In this document: one piece after another, positions 11,783-25,726 of the stretch | How positions within the stretch are numbered: the stretch's first letter is position 1 | Layout of the letters: every line of letters starts with the position of its first letter | DNA from: Octopus bimaculoides | Taxonomy: Eukaryota | Direction: 5' to 3' | Length of the DNA stretch: 63,796 nt | NCBI RefSeq assembly: GCF_001194135.2 | Contig: NC_069001.1 | Span: 33,612,588 to 33,676,383, forward strand | Notes under the pieces: generated by a model | Databases searched by the model: none | What the model was told of the DNA's origin: nothing | The model's input: only the letters and a program-made list of their open reading frames with translations | Position numbers and translations under genes: made by a program

Positions 11783-14700
11783 GTTAGCATTTATATTTAT
11801 TCTTCGTAATTTATTCATTCAAGAAACGTCTTCTATAGAAACATCTCACCTATTTGTATTAGCAATTGCCTTTCCATAACATAAGCTCTATATGTTGATC
11901 AATCAAAACAATTGAGAACCAGACTGAATTCATTCCTGTATCTAATTTGAAACTGTTCCGAGTTCTGATATCGACTTAACATTTAATTTCATCCCTTTAT
12001 GGCATGAATATCTATACCCTTCCCGTACAAAAATTGCCATTGTACTGAGTTGAAACGACTCTAATGTCTACCATATGTCAAATTTGCTTTAGTTAGTATG
12101 AAGCCGTATACCAATTATTGTTGCATACAAATTTGTAACTAATGCTAAACAAACAGTGTTGGTATTCGATATACACCACTGCTTATTATAAATCTAATTT
12201 ATTTATTTTCTTTCTAAATTTTCCTTTTTATTTATGCAGTAATGCATAATGAATGTATGTGGGTGATGAGGGATAAGCCATTTCAAAGGCGTGGGAGAAC
12301 TATATTAAGTATCGTACTTAATACGTTGACAAGTTTAGAGATTTGGTAATTACCAACCAGTTTTCCAGAATCAAAGTATACCTTAGTTTAATTGTAAAAT
12401 ACGTCGTAAACCTGACAATGGACACACATTTAACGCTGAGTCTGACTCGGCTAAAACACGTGTAGTTTCTATGACAATGAGAGTATAAATTTAAATTAAA
12501 AAAAAAAAACAACTTTAAATGAACTGAAATTTGGTATAGCTCTTATTTTACGTATTCATTGCTTAATATTATTATTGCTAAAAGTTAACATCCGTCTTAA
12601 CTAGAGACTGAACTCCTGTAGTTTAGAAGATATTCAGATGGTGATGATGATCGTTAGGTCTGATATGTTCACAGGAGCGGACACTTTGATCTAGTCCACG
12701 ATTCATAAATAAGGATGTGTCTGTTTCAAGAGAAATGAAGGGATGTTTAGACATTATTCATTGTTGATTTTACAAGCGTGGATTAGCACCTCACAGTTCT
12801 GATTGAGAAGATCTACAATCACATGCATTCCCACCTTGACCAACCATCCTGCTTGTGTCTTCTTTTTTCTTTTCTAGAACAACTTTATTCAATATTTCCG
12901 TCTTTTTTTAAAGATAGTGAGATGTGATTTAAGGGAGATTTGGCTGATGCTATTTCTATCAAGCGGACCAACTATATAGGGTCTCCCTTATTGGCTTATA
13001 GGTTGTAAGTTTGAATCCACTGCAAGTATTTTGTTATATTTTTGGATAGATCACTTTATTCTACATTGATTCAGGATAACAACCTGTTAGAAATAAGTTC
13101 TAAACCATGTAGAAATTTTACTTGCAATAAACCAATATCATATCCAGAAGAAAAGTATCTCACATGTATGTACACCATGGAACCATGGCTTAGCTTCAGT
13201 TCTTAAAAGTCTCTATAAAAGGGTATACTTCTAATCTTGTTCTGAAACAATTTGGGTATTATAATCCCCAAAAGAGAACAAGCAATTCTGACAACTAAAG
13301 AAAAGCTAAAAGCATATAATTGTAAAGAATTATTGTTGTTTCTTTTCCATAACATTCTGCTATTCTAGATCTCTTCTTATTAAAATAATTTTATTTCCCC
13401 TCAACAGTCGATTAATGGCATTGAAACGTATGGGAATTGTTGACAATTATGAGGTGAGTGTAATTTTTAGTTTCATATAAAAGTAAAGTTTGTTGAAGGC
13501 AAAAAAGAATTATAATAATAAATATCAAGCATCTGTATAGAGGTTTTGTTCATTGTAATTAATGTAATGTTTGCTAAAGCCCAAGCTGCTCTGTCTATAA
13601 TTATTATAAATTATTCATATTTTAAGCAATGACTTTCAATATTTCTTTTCTTCACTACGACCAGCTGCAGCAAGTCCTCTTTTGATTATCTGTTATAAAA
13701 CAATGACCAACATAAGTTTCCCTCTCACATTGTTGTGCTTTGGCTATTAACATCATGGCCCTATGCTCATGATATCAATATAGTCATTATATTGTGCCCT
13801 TAGGGAAAGTATAGAACCTTACTTGTTTCAGTCTGCCTAGTCAATAGGAAGGTTCTATCACTACTTTATGGTTGAGTAATTGGCAGAAAGAACTGAAACG
13901 AGATAGTTTTTATTTTCTTAAAGCATATGTAAAATATGAGTTTGTAAATAGTTGTAAAATAGTTTAATTCTTTAATTCTTTACACAGGTCAAATTCATTT
14001 GGTATCCATGCATCATATATGATACATGTTCCCACATTTTTTCAACCACCAGAGTGCCTTGTGAGAAGAAAGCTTTATAATACTCAGAATATTTGAAAGA
14101 AGGGTTAACTAAAAGTCAGAAAACAAACATGGACATTTGGGACAAACTTATGAAAATGCTTTGGACAAGCAATGGGTTAAAGTATCTTCTGTGACACAGA
14201 CAAATATTTATGGGTGCAGGTATAGCTGTGTGGTTAAAAGGTTCAATCTCATTGTATATATATATTTTTTTTTTCCAGGATATTCGTAATTTTTCCATTG
14301 CTGTTGTTGGTGTTGGAGGTGTTGGCAGTGTGACAGCTGAAATGTTGACAAGATGTGGAATTGGAAAGGTATTTATTCCTCTGTAGCAACTTCATTGTTC
14401 CACTACCATGTCACTCTCGGTCTTGCTAGAACTTTGCACCAGTTACAAATTTGGTCTGTTGCCCTCAATAGGCTGTCCCTTACGCTATGCATTCTTTCTT
14501 ATGCATCTCTATTTCCTCCTCCTCCTCATTCTCATCAAATGCTTCAATTGGGACTTCTCTAAATCTTTGACTGCTTGATAGATCTTTAAACTTCTAGTCT
14601 TTCTTTTCCAGTCTGGCTTGCATCTCATCTTGCTTTAAGTCTGAATCATCAGTTTACATTTGCTTTCCATCCTGGCATGTATAACTCCACGAGATTCAAT

Positions 14701-16466
14701 GAATTGGAATGGAATTTTAGTATGGTTTCTATGGCTGGTTGCTTTTCTTAATACCAACCATTTTGCAGAGTGTACTGGGTGCATTTTCTTCATGGCACTA
14801 GTAGTGTATATATGTTTGTGTGTTATAGTGATATGTGTATACACTCATTTCTGTTTGACCATCAATCTCAACCAAGAGATGACCTGGACTGATCAACATG
14901 AGATCTAATATTTTGTGCATTCTCTGTTTCAGTTAATTTTGTTTGACTATGATAAAGTAGAGCTGGCCAATATGAACAGGCTGTTTTACCAACCTCATCA
15001 AGCTGGAATGAGTAAAGTTGAAGCAGCTGAGAGAACATTGAAGTACGTTATCTTACCTTTTTTTTCTTTTCTTACATTCAATTTTCTTGCAAATATTATT
15101 TTGCATAACTGTTGTCCTCGTTTTTGTTGTTATACGGCCACAGTGTCTTTTTATCGTCTGCTTTTTCCCTTATGTTGGAGTAAAGTGAACAAGTCTATAA
15201 TTAAACAAATCAGTTCAAACCATGACTACCCCATCTTATTTCAGGATGAATGGATCACTAAGTGCTAATTTCCTATTTATATTTTAAGACGGTAGGGTGT
15301 GGTTTAAAGAGGATTTGGCTGGGGTTTTTTTCTAGTTTGTGTGGGTATACAGAGACTGCCTTAAAGGATCACAGTCAAGGGCAGTAACTACGTTGCATTT
15401 GTACTGCTGTTGATACAGCAATGAAAAAGTAAAGAAGATATCAGGAAGTGTTTGTGAGCTGAACAGACTTGATTATCGTCACATTAAATGTTCTCTCTGT
15501 AGTTTTCAATTGTACACAAATTCCCAGGCACAAGACCAGCAGATTTCATTGCTGGGTGAGATTTGGAAGATGAAATATTGAGAAGGAGAAAGTTGGAGTT
15601 ATTACAATAATTGACTTGATCTGAGTGATCTATTAGAATATTTATGACTGGTCTTTTTCTGTATAAGTACCTTGTTCTGTCTGTTTGCAGAGAAATCAAT
15701 CCTGATGTGCAATTTGAAGTCTTTAATTACAACATTACTACAATGGACAACTTTCAACATTTTATGGACAAAATTAAGTAAGTCTTCTTAAATTTTTAAC
15801 ATGATGTTTGGGTTTTATCATGGAAAGTAGTATCAGGAGAGTTGCAGGTTAAATGCCTTGCAAGATTTAAAAATGTCATTTTAAATTCTGAGTTCAAATT
15901 CCAATAAGGTTAACTTTGCTTTTCAATTCTGTAAGGTCAGTAAAATAAATACCAGTCTAATACTAGCATTAATTTAATCGCATGTACTCGAAAAATGCAT
16001 AGCCATATGCTAAGTTTAAACACAGCACATCCATTTGAAGTATTATCTCTGGACGAATACTGCAGTAAATTTGCGTTTTCACAATGTATTGATACACAGA
16101 TGGCTAGTTTAATCTACTACTGCTTCTGTTCCATTTAACGGATTTTATTCAGCCTAGTGGCTAATTGCAGCACCAGTGATTGTTCATCATTGTTTTTCTG
16201 TATCATAGCAATGGATTTTGTCTTAGCAGTGAGTACATGGTACTAACAAGTCCCAACAAGGCAGAAATGTACATCTAGCATTCTCACTGGTGGATGATTT
16301 CTGTCTACTACTGATATATTTGTGTTTCAAGCACAGTCTGTTCATAAGAGATATTATCTCCAGACAAATGCCACAGTAAATTTGCTTTTTCACAATGTAT
16401 TTACATTAAATACGATACACAGATAGCTATTTTAATTTACTACTGCTTCTGTTGCATATGACAGAA

Positions 16467-16520
<54 letters not shown>

Positions 16521-19500
16521 CATACACTCAAACATTTGTTTATTTTTTACATCAGAACTGGTGGAAAAACTGAAAATTCTCCTGTGGACTTAGTTCTGAG
16601 TTGTGTTGATAATTTCGAAGCCAGAATGGCTATCAATACTGTAAGTGTCTTTAAACTATTTGTTAAATTCTTGGGAACTTGAGTGCATAGAATTGGCACC
16701 CTGGGTCTTTAATAAATATTATAATAAATATTTTGTTTTTCATTTGACAGGCTTGTAATGAATTAGGTCAAGTTTGGATAGAGTCTGGAGTAAGTGAAAA
16801 TGCTGTGTCTGGACACATTCAGCTTGTCATTCCAGGAGAGACCCCATGCTTTGCTGTAAGTTACTGTAGCTCCTTTTTTCCATTTCATTTTAACATTCTT
16901 TCTAATATCTTTTGTCTTTTGTTTGTGTGTGTGTGTCTAACTTCAAGAATATTTTATATTCTATCTCTTGATACACATCTTTTTATGTCCAACTAAAACA
17001 AAAAAAACATTAATCTCTTTTACATTTTATAGCTATTTAGTTTTGGAGAGAAAAAAAGACACTGGTACATTTCTACACATAACTCTCAGATTATACTAGA
17101 TATGGTTTAAAACAAAAAAAATCATGTTTACTTTTGTCAGTTATGAATAAATTAGTCAGTCATGTTACATTCTGTGCATCTACATGCACACACGTTCTTG
17201 TACACACACACACACATGTGTATGAATATACATACTCATATATGCATACACATGTAAATATAAACTTCATAGTTATGCCGTATAAGTGTTATTTAAGAAA
17301 TAATTGTTTGTTTGAATTATATTTTACTTTTGCAGCAGCTAAGGCTATATGATATATTCATGCCATCATGTGTGTGTGTGTATGTTGCTTGTCATGCTTA
17401 TTGTTTCTTTTTACTTCAATCAAGTGTGCCCCTCCTTTGGTTGTTGCAACTAAAACTGATGAAAAGACATTAAAGAGAGAGGGTGTATGTGCCGCTAGCC
17501 TTCCTACCACCATGGCAATTGTTGCTGGTTTCCTTGTACAGAATACCTTAAAGTAAGGATTTCTTTTCTCTTTTCTAAAACTGTATCTGCCTACCCTTAT
17601 TGTATTACTGGTATTTATTCAATTGAACATACTGAATTTAATGGTCTAGTTAACCTACAGCAACTTTTGAACACAGTTTTGAGAGGTACCTCCTCAGACA
17701 CCCTAAAGTATTTTAGCTGCTGCTCTAGGGTCTTGTACCTACCAATTTACTACTTTAATATCAACTGGTTTTTAAATTTTGCAATGGTTGATGTATAACC
17801 CTTAGTATAAATACTTCCAATTTAATTGGAGTCTCATCTATGGTACAGCTGAAACCTTAAACTGTAGGAGTTGTATCATGATATAAATGTGAGGAAGTAC
17901 AAAACTTTAGCTGCACTATAAGGTGTATACTAAGGCTTAAAATAGCCAAACTATAGATGTTTCAGTAAGATCTGAACTTTTCATTGTAGTCAGTAATCTA
18001 TCAGCCTTTGTCTTTTACAAGCAATTTTCGTAATTGCATTAATTGATAGAGCATTTTGTTTTTATGATTTTTTTGTCTTTAGAAACTGATTACTTCTCCG
18101 GTTTAATATTGGCTCAGTTTGTGATGTGTGAGTAAACTGTAAAACTAATAAGTAATTTATTTCACATAGAGGTTAGAGGTGAAATAGATAGAATTAAATG
18201 TCTGGATTTTCTGATCAATTATTCAAAATGTTGTATATTTTTTCCTGAGAAATTCATGACATTTATATCTCTTCCAAAAACTTCACTGACACAAGTGAAG
18301 GGAAATGGCTTCTACCAGGAATTTAAAACAGAACATCTACATTGCTCACCAAATACTGTTTTGCATAACTTAAAGGTTTCCAGTTTCAACTCTACCTTTT
18401 GGTATCATTCAATTTATAAGAAATAGCAGCCAAATCTTTTCTTTCCATCTTATATCAAGAAAGGACACATAAGATAAATGAAGCTCAAGACTTGGCCATA
18501 AAAGAGAGAGGGTGGTCATAACTGGAATGTCTTTAAATATTATTTCATGATCCGGGTTGACTTGGGGATGTGCAACAACTCTTCCATTATCATAAAGCAA
18601 TATGATTCTATGCAGGCATGGCAATCTTTTTCAAGGAGTGGATCCATGAAACAGGGCTCTTCATCAGGCAGGCTATATTACTAAAAAGATTCAAGTGCAG
18701 GCTGCAGTTTGCCCATAACTGCTCAACCTGATAAACAAACCTTCAAATCACATTCTACCATCGCCTAAAAAGGAAGGGTCATTGGATAGTCACTGAAAGA
18801 AAGACAAGAAAATCACAACTAGAACAGCTTTTATTATTTTTGCTCAATCACGGCTGATTTGGAACTAAATAACAACAAATCTATTATCATTTCAAAAATG
18901 GATTTGTTGTTTATTCATATTTATTCGATTTACACAGATATCTCTTGAAATTTGGAACAGTCACTCCTTACCTTGGCTACAATGCTCTTGAAGACTTTTT
19001 TCCAACAATGAGTATGAAACCAAACCCTCAGTGTGATGATAGATTCTGTCTTAAACAACAAGAAGAATATAAGGTGAGAACACGTCTCAGTGATAATAAT
19101 ATAAAATAAAAGATTAATTAAAGTGCCTCTGTGTAGATACTCAACCTGCTAAAAAAAGCAGCTAAGATTCCCTCAAATCAAACCTCACTGTCTTAGAAAA
19201 GGACACATAGAGTAATTTGGCTTTGTGCTCCCTTTTTCAAATTACACTATCATTTTAAGGAAAACAACACATTAGATAATGTAGTTCTACACACTCTTAA
19301 AAGTATGAGATGATTATGGCTGGAATGATTTTAACCTGACCTGGTTAAAAGAAACTAATCACTCTATTTATCCTCGTTCTAAATAAACTTGTTACTTTAC
19401 TCTTACTCTACAGACAGTCTGCACTACAAGAAAGTTAATTATACATATACTCTTTAATTCACTGCTTGTATGAAATCAGTAAGGTTTAGTTAATGTTTCA

Positions 19501-21324
19501 TTGTTTCCTTATTTCCAGAAAAGAGAAGCTTTGAAACCAAAAGAAGTTTTACTTGAAGTAGAAGAGTCTCCAGTTGAACATGAAGAAAATGAATGGAGTA
19601 AGTTAAGTTCAATGTCATGTAAAATTTGGAGTATATTTCTCCCACTTTTACTAATTTTAAATTTTGTTTTGTTATATTCTGTGAAAAGTCTTTGAAGTTA
19701 AAATGTATGTGTTTATATATGACAGTTGGTGTGTTGTTTGTATGAAACATATAAAAAATATTCAGTTTTAATATTCAGTGATAGAAAACTATCAAGTGGT
19801 AGAAATACCAGATTAAATGTTTTACACTTATTAGTTTTCTCCCTGTGTTATTATTCTGAGTTCTAATTTTGATAGGATCAATTTTTTTTTTGCTCTTCTT
19901 TCATCCAGAGGCAGATAAATAATACACAAGTTGATTCAATTCATTAGACTCCTCAAATTTATAGCTTTGTGTTATTGTAAAGAGAGGGGAAAAAATAAAC
20001 AAAACAAAACAATCAAAACAAGGTATAGGCACAAGGCTATAAATGTTGGGGTAGGGTATAGTTGATTAAATCACCCCTAGTATTTGACCAATACTCTAAT
20101 TCACTGATCCCAGAAGAATAAATGTAGGGTCATCCTCTGTTGAATTTGAACTCTGAATGTTGATTGTTAACACATACTTCAAGATACTTTGTTCAACACT
20201 TTATTGATTTTACTAATCCACAGTTCTAATTAATAAATCAATCAATAATAATAATGATGATGGTTTCTAATATTGATGATGATAATGATATTAAGGTAAT
20301 ATAAGATTTCTTCTTTAATTCCCCAGAAATAGAACTGGTGTCTGAAACAAGTGAAGAGGAGCTGAAGGCAGCTACAGGAGACACACCAATTCTTAGTGAA
20401 GGACTCAAGTTGGCATATACTGTTCCAGATAACAACGTAAGAACAGTTTAAGATATTCCCCTTTGTTCTTCACATGTTAATTTAACTATAATGATGTTGT
20501 TAAAGGACTTTACAATTTGTAGATGAATTATTTGTTAAGGGAGAAAGAGTTAGAGACCTACAATGACATGACCCTTTTTGTTAGTAACACAGCTAAGATC
20601 ACCTCAAACTTTTCAAGCTATGTTCCAAAAACCAGAATAACAATAAATTCAATTAGTTTATTAAATCCTTCCAAATTATCTCCAAAATTAATTTGGAAAA
20701 CATAAGTAGTGTATTTTATCAGAAATATGATTATGAAAGGGTTAAGTGTACTCAGCTGAATTTCATTGGATGATGATCAAGACTTTTACATTCTTTTTAT
20801 TATCACAAGTGTGGTTGTTTAGTGCCGTGGAACATCTATGATCAAATGTGCTCCAGTTTTGTCCATTATTCTTTTGTTTCTAGGTATTGTATATCTGTGA
20901 CCCCCATTATCTACCCCATCAGATAAATTTCTTCAAAATGCTTAGATACATTTGGGATGAAGTGATGACAAGAATAAAGTTAGGTTTTTCAGTTTACTGT
21001 CATGATCAAGAAAAACAAGACAAATGGACTTTGTCCATCTTTAGTACTTTTTTCTAATTTCTTTTGACTCCTCAAAGTAAAAATTACACACAACTAATTA
21101 CAAAATTTTTTTTTTCCTTAGATGTACACTCATACTTAACCAAATAATAACCTAAAATATTTCTCTCCCCCTCTCTGTGTCTTATTTTCATCTGATAATT
21201 CTATAGTCATCATAAAAATGTTTTTTTTTACTGGCTTTTATTTCAGACATCAGGAAAAGATGCAACTGTTGAAACATCAGGAGTTAGCATAGACGACTTA
21301 ATGTCTCAGCTGAAGTCTATGTAG
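11640..21324 (+). CDS. UBA5: Ubiquitin-like modifier-activating enzyme 5 (UFM1 E1), 12 coding exons, about 398 aa
   Basis: Exons 11640-11782, 13408-13453, 14279-14368, 14933-15042, 15691-15777, 16556-16640, 16751-16855, 17425-17552, 18938-19073, 19519-19597, 20327-20436 and 21247-21324. All introns are GT-AG, phases join, total 1197 nt. Motifs: [48 protein letters not shown], Zn ligands CFAC and CDDRFC, catalytic EGVCAASL, C-terminal [12 protein letters not shown]. Confidence 0.97.
13408..13453 (+). CDS. UBA5: UBA5 exon 2
   Basis: [16 protein letters not shown]; cag/gtgagt. Confidence 0.95.
14279..14368 (+). CDS. UBA5: UBA5 exon 3 (nucleotide-binding loop)
   Basis: [30 protein letters not shown]. 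Confidence 0.96.
14933..15042 (+). CDS. UBA5: UBA5 exon 4
   Basis: [36 protein letters not shown]. Confidence 0.96.
15691..15777 (+). CDS. UBA5: UBA5 exon 5
   Basis: [28 protein letters not shown]. Confidence 0.96.
16470..16514. repeat. (TA)n microsatellite upstream of the UBA5 exon 6 acceptor
   Basis: Direct reading. Confidence 0.97.
16556..16640 (+). CDS. UBA5: UBA5 exon 6
   Basis: [28 protein letters not shown]. Confidence 0.96.
16751..16855 (+). CDS. UBA5: UBA5 exon 7
   Basis: [35 protein letters not shown]. Confidence 0.96.
17425..17552 (+). CDS. UBA5: UBA5 exon 8 (catalytic Cys)
   Basis: [42 protein letters not shown]; AAG acceptor. Confidence 0.96.
18938..19073 (+). CDS. UBA5: UBA5 exon 9
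   Basis: [45 protein letters not shown]. Confidence 0.96.
19519..19597 (+). CDS. UBA5: UBA5 exon 10
   Basis: [26 protein letters not shown]; cag/gtaagt. Confidence 0.92.
20327..20436 (+). CDS. UBA5: UBA5 exon 11
   Basis: (K)[36 protein letters not shown]. Confidence 0.92.
21247..21324 (+). CDS. UBA5: UBA5 exon 12 (UFC1-binding helix, stop)
   Basis: [25 protein letters not shown], similar to human SLEDLMAKMKNM*. Confidence 0.92.
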   Translation, partial: TSGKDATVETSGVSIDDLMSQLKSM

Positions 21325-23482
21325 TTGTTGTTGCTCACCACTTTATGATAAATGAAATACAAAACCTGTCCATTGAACACCAGAACTGATTCGATTGTGC
21401 TGAATACATGGCTCTTTGAAATGATGTTCCAAGACCATTCTTAATTTCTCTGAGTTACAATAATTTGTAATATATATTTATACAGTTGTGATCATAATTT
21501 TAAAATGAATGCTACTGAGGTATTCATGTGTTACTATCTACAAGTTATGCTGTGCATGACTTTTACATTCCTAAACGCCAGTTTGATGATAACTACTATT
21601 CTTGCCAATTTGGAATGCAAGCATAAAATGAAGATGATGATCAACACCAAAACCAGTGGACAACCAAAAGGGTACCAAGGGTATCTTTCTGACTATACGC
21701 ACGCATACATGTATATGTGCTTATTCGAAAATATTTTCTTCAATTTATAACGTAAGTTATTTAACTAATTTATAAAATTGGAAGAGGGTGAAGAATCAGT
21801 TGGACTTGAGAAAATATCCAACTGAAAATTATGCTTCTGTATTCCTGCATTAACTAATGAAAAAACCTGGGCAACAGGTCTTGTCTAAAAACTTGCTGTC
21901 ATGGTTGTATCAACCTGTAGTCTTTTTTAAGTTGTTCATTAATATGTTTTCAGTTTCTTACATCTATTCTATTGTAATCTTCTCAGTTGCTAACTTGGCT
22001 TTTAAATCCTTCAGCTGTACTTTAAAGAAAGTTCACCGTATGGCTAACAGATCTGGTAGGTGTTTCTGAAAAGTAAGTCTCTCATTAAATGTTTGCCACA
22101 AAATCATTGTCAATTCTATGACGACTTACATCAGTATAATATAATGTCTTTAACAATTCACACATATACACAAACATTTGGTTGGTTGAGAATTGATTTC
22201 TCCCATTTACAATGTCTTCATATTCCAGCAGAATAAAATCAACTGTTTTTACCCTATCGAAGAGGGGAATTAACAGATGTTATTGCTTGGCAAAAATAAA
22301 ATAAAAATGACCAGGCAACTGTAATACACCTGATTATACATTTAGAATGTTATATATATCAGTGGAGGAGTATGTGGATCATACAGGAAGGTCAACATTC
22401 TCACAATACCATTGATATATATCATTTACAAAAGAAAGGCATATGCCTTTTTTTTTTCCTTAGGTAATGTTAGATCATATGTAGCTTATCTTATTCACCC
22501 AATTAAAATTCTTAATTGAATTTGCCTGCACTGTATAATTTTCTTAGTTTTTACTTAAAGCCGGTCATTACCAGCTGAGTTGAACTAATATTTTTCTCAA
22601 CAGCACTAGAATTATGGATATATTTGTTCAATATGCATTATTTTAAAAACCTGCAAACTGTATGAATTATTTCAGGAATAAAAGTAAATCTTTCTTCAGT
22701 AAAAAAATATGGAAATTTCTCTCCACAAAACAATACAAAAAAAAGGGACAAAGCTACAAAAATCTAACAAAGTATTCTATCTTTTTAGGGGTGTAGAGGA
22801 CAACATTGTCTAATATGATCTTTTTTATCCCAAGATAGTAACGTGATGTATGAGAGATTTGGCTGCTATTCTTAGCAGGTCAAGAAAACATGTAAAAGCA
22901 CACTTATGGGTAGATAAATCTGATGTCAAAGGGATGCGGGGTTTAATCACAAAGTGGGTTGGCTTCAAAACTCCAAATTATAACCTGCCAAGCAACAAGA
23001 TGATTAAATAATCTAGAATAATTATGATTTTATTGTTATTATATAATTCGCATGAAGATTAGCTACCTGACAGATATGGATCTAAAACTTCCAATATTGG
23101 GTGTTTATTTGATCGGAGATTTGTTAGAGTTTGCTAATTAAGGAAAGTTCCACAGCAGTTCACTCGCTGAATGTAATGTGAAGCATGATTTTCACCCACA
23201 TCCTTTCTTTCAATGTCATCTCAATTGTTATAAATAAAACATATCAACCAGATACAGTTTAAAGGAAGTTTCTGGTAAATTGAAGTTGGATTGGATTTCA
23301 CTTCACTGAAGCCATTAAAGTTTTTGCTAAAGGCATACAGTGCAGCTTCCATTTTACTTCCCCAATGAAGTGATTATGTATTATGTGGAAAAGGAATACA
23401 TAGGAATTCTATACAGGTGGCTAATGCCATCTGTGGTGCAGTGGGATTTCAGAAAGGCTAGCAGATACACAGTAATTAACAA

Positions 23483-23700
23483 CCCTTTCTGCTATAGGCA
23501 CAAGGCCTGGAATTTTGGTGGGGAAGGGGTTAGTCAATTACATTGACCCTAGTGTTCAACAGGTACTTATTCTATCCTAACTCTGAAAGGATGAAAGGTA
23601 AAGTTGACTGTGGTGGAATTTGAACTCAAGAACATAAAGATGGACAAAATGCTACTATGCATTTTACCCAATAAGCTAATGATTCTGCCAGCTTTGACAC
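23483..23700 (-). mobile_element. SINE family A
   Basis: Family A body and head in minus orientation. Confidence 0.8.
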
Positions 23701-25726
23701 CTTACAACAATAATAATAAAAACAACCATGAAATGCAATCTTTCAACTGTCTAAAAATTTTACTAAAAATAATTGACAGCTTCTGTTTCTAAATCAATAG
23801 TGGAGGTGGATATTGTGAAAATTTAGTAACCAGAATTCAGATGGGGAGGGAAAAGTTGGGTCAATTATTACTTCTGTTGGCAACAAAGTTTTCTCTGAGT
23901 GAATGGGTAGGTTGTATGATGCTTGGGTGTGAAGTGTGACATTGCATCATATCATTGCATGGTGGGCATAGAATATAGAGGCAGTGTGATTGCTGGAAGA
24001 TTAAGAGACATGAATAATGTCAATGTGCATGACTGATGGTGCATATGTGAGATGACAGAAGGTAATAATGAATAGCAGAGGAGTCAGCTGCAAGAAAACA
24101 ATGCTTTTATGTACATGTGATGCATATGAAGGATAACAACTGGACTCCGAAGGCTCAGGTGATCCAAGCTGAAGGAGCCTACAGAAGAGGATGACAAGTA
24201 ATGAAATACTGTGCCAGAGGAGACCCATCTAACTCATGCCAAGATGGAAAAACAGACATAAAATGATGAGGTAGTCATCGTTGAATCACTCTTAATAATG
24301 AACAGTCCTACAATGGCTTGAGTATAAATCTGACAATTTAACAATATCTCTAAGCAACAAATATCAAAGAAATAAATAATAAATGCTGGAAACAAAATTA
24401 TGAAGAAATATTTATTAAAAAATAGTTGTTAAGAAATACCGCCAAAAAATGTTGCAGCAAAATTTCTGTGGAGGTGGTCACATTAAAGGAGATTCGTTGA
24501 AAATAGGAGAAAAAAAATAATTATAATCTAAGGCATTTTACTTTTTTGGCTTAAAGTGAAAGAAAACAATTTTTTTTTTTTAATGTTAGTGTAGAGAAAA
24601 AGAAAGCATTTTTATTTTACTTCTGTGTATGCAAGAGAATATAGTTGAATTCCTAACATAACAGTTTATTTTTTCCTATTCTGAATCCAATATAATTTAG
24701 AAATAAACTACAATAGTTTAAAACTAATAAACATGTGAACACATGCTCCAGCATATAAAGTTTATGAAGAAAATATATAATTAATATACATGTCTCTGTT
24801 CTTTTTTTTAACATTAATGTTATTAAACTACAAACGAGCCAACTTGTTCCAGCAGCCAACATTCCATTGTAAATCACAGTGTTTGTTTCAACAGCTCTCT
24901 GATTTCAACTAAACCATGAAATATTACAAAATATTTGTGAGGGGGGGGGGNNNNNNNNNNNNNNNNNGGGGTTGATATAATTTAATCAGGGATGGAGGGG
25001 CAGTGGCCATGATCTGTGCAGGCCTCACTCACAAACTGATATTCACAGTCCTGGTAAGAAAGAATAAGGGATATTTGTTCCATGCAGGGCCTGGGAGGTG
25101 AGATCTAGTAAAAGTGTCAGGAAAATGAGAGACAGTTGTGTCTGGGAGGAGAGGATATACAACTAACAGTTTTGAAGCTCATAGGCCATTGTAGTAGCAA
25201 CAGAAGAGGAAAATGCACATCTGTGAGACTAGGATTGCAGCAGGTTGCTAAACGAATCATTACCATGCTATTCACTGTCCTTCTTTTGGTTGCAGTCTAG
25301 GATGCATATACGTCCAGCAGCAGTAGCACTGTCCAAAATATATGTGAGTAGTTCTCCAAATATTCAGAGAGAGAGAGAATGCATGTGTGATTGTTATTTT
25401 ATAAGTGAATTGAATTTTTAAAATTGAGTATATTTTTAATGTTAACCTATTGTTTCCACTGTCGGTTTATCCTTCATTTAGTCTTGGGGTAGAAGTGTCA
25501 ATTGTTTTATGCTGAAGACTGACTGAGGTCAAGTAGAGTACAATACTTTAATTAGAAATTGACAGTAGAAAGACAACAAAAAAAACTAAAAACAAGCTGA
25601 TCAAAGTCTATTTGAAATTAAATCTTGTGTTGAAAAAATAGTAAAAATGGAAAAGTAAAAACCTTTTTCTTAGTTATTATAAAGTGTTAGTAACAAATAC
25701 TTGCAATATAGAGAATATTTATGTAT

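Noticed and set aside
24001-24228. ORF with a signal-peptide-like N-terminus
   Set aside because: No family motifs or splice structure; compatible with chance in AT-rich DNA.
24653-24915. Minus-strand TM-like ORF or possible terminal exon EIRELLKQTL*
   Set aside because: No partner exons or recognisable homology, and the TM-like frame has a stop directly upstream.
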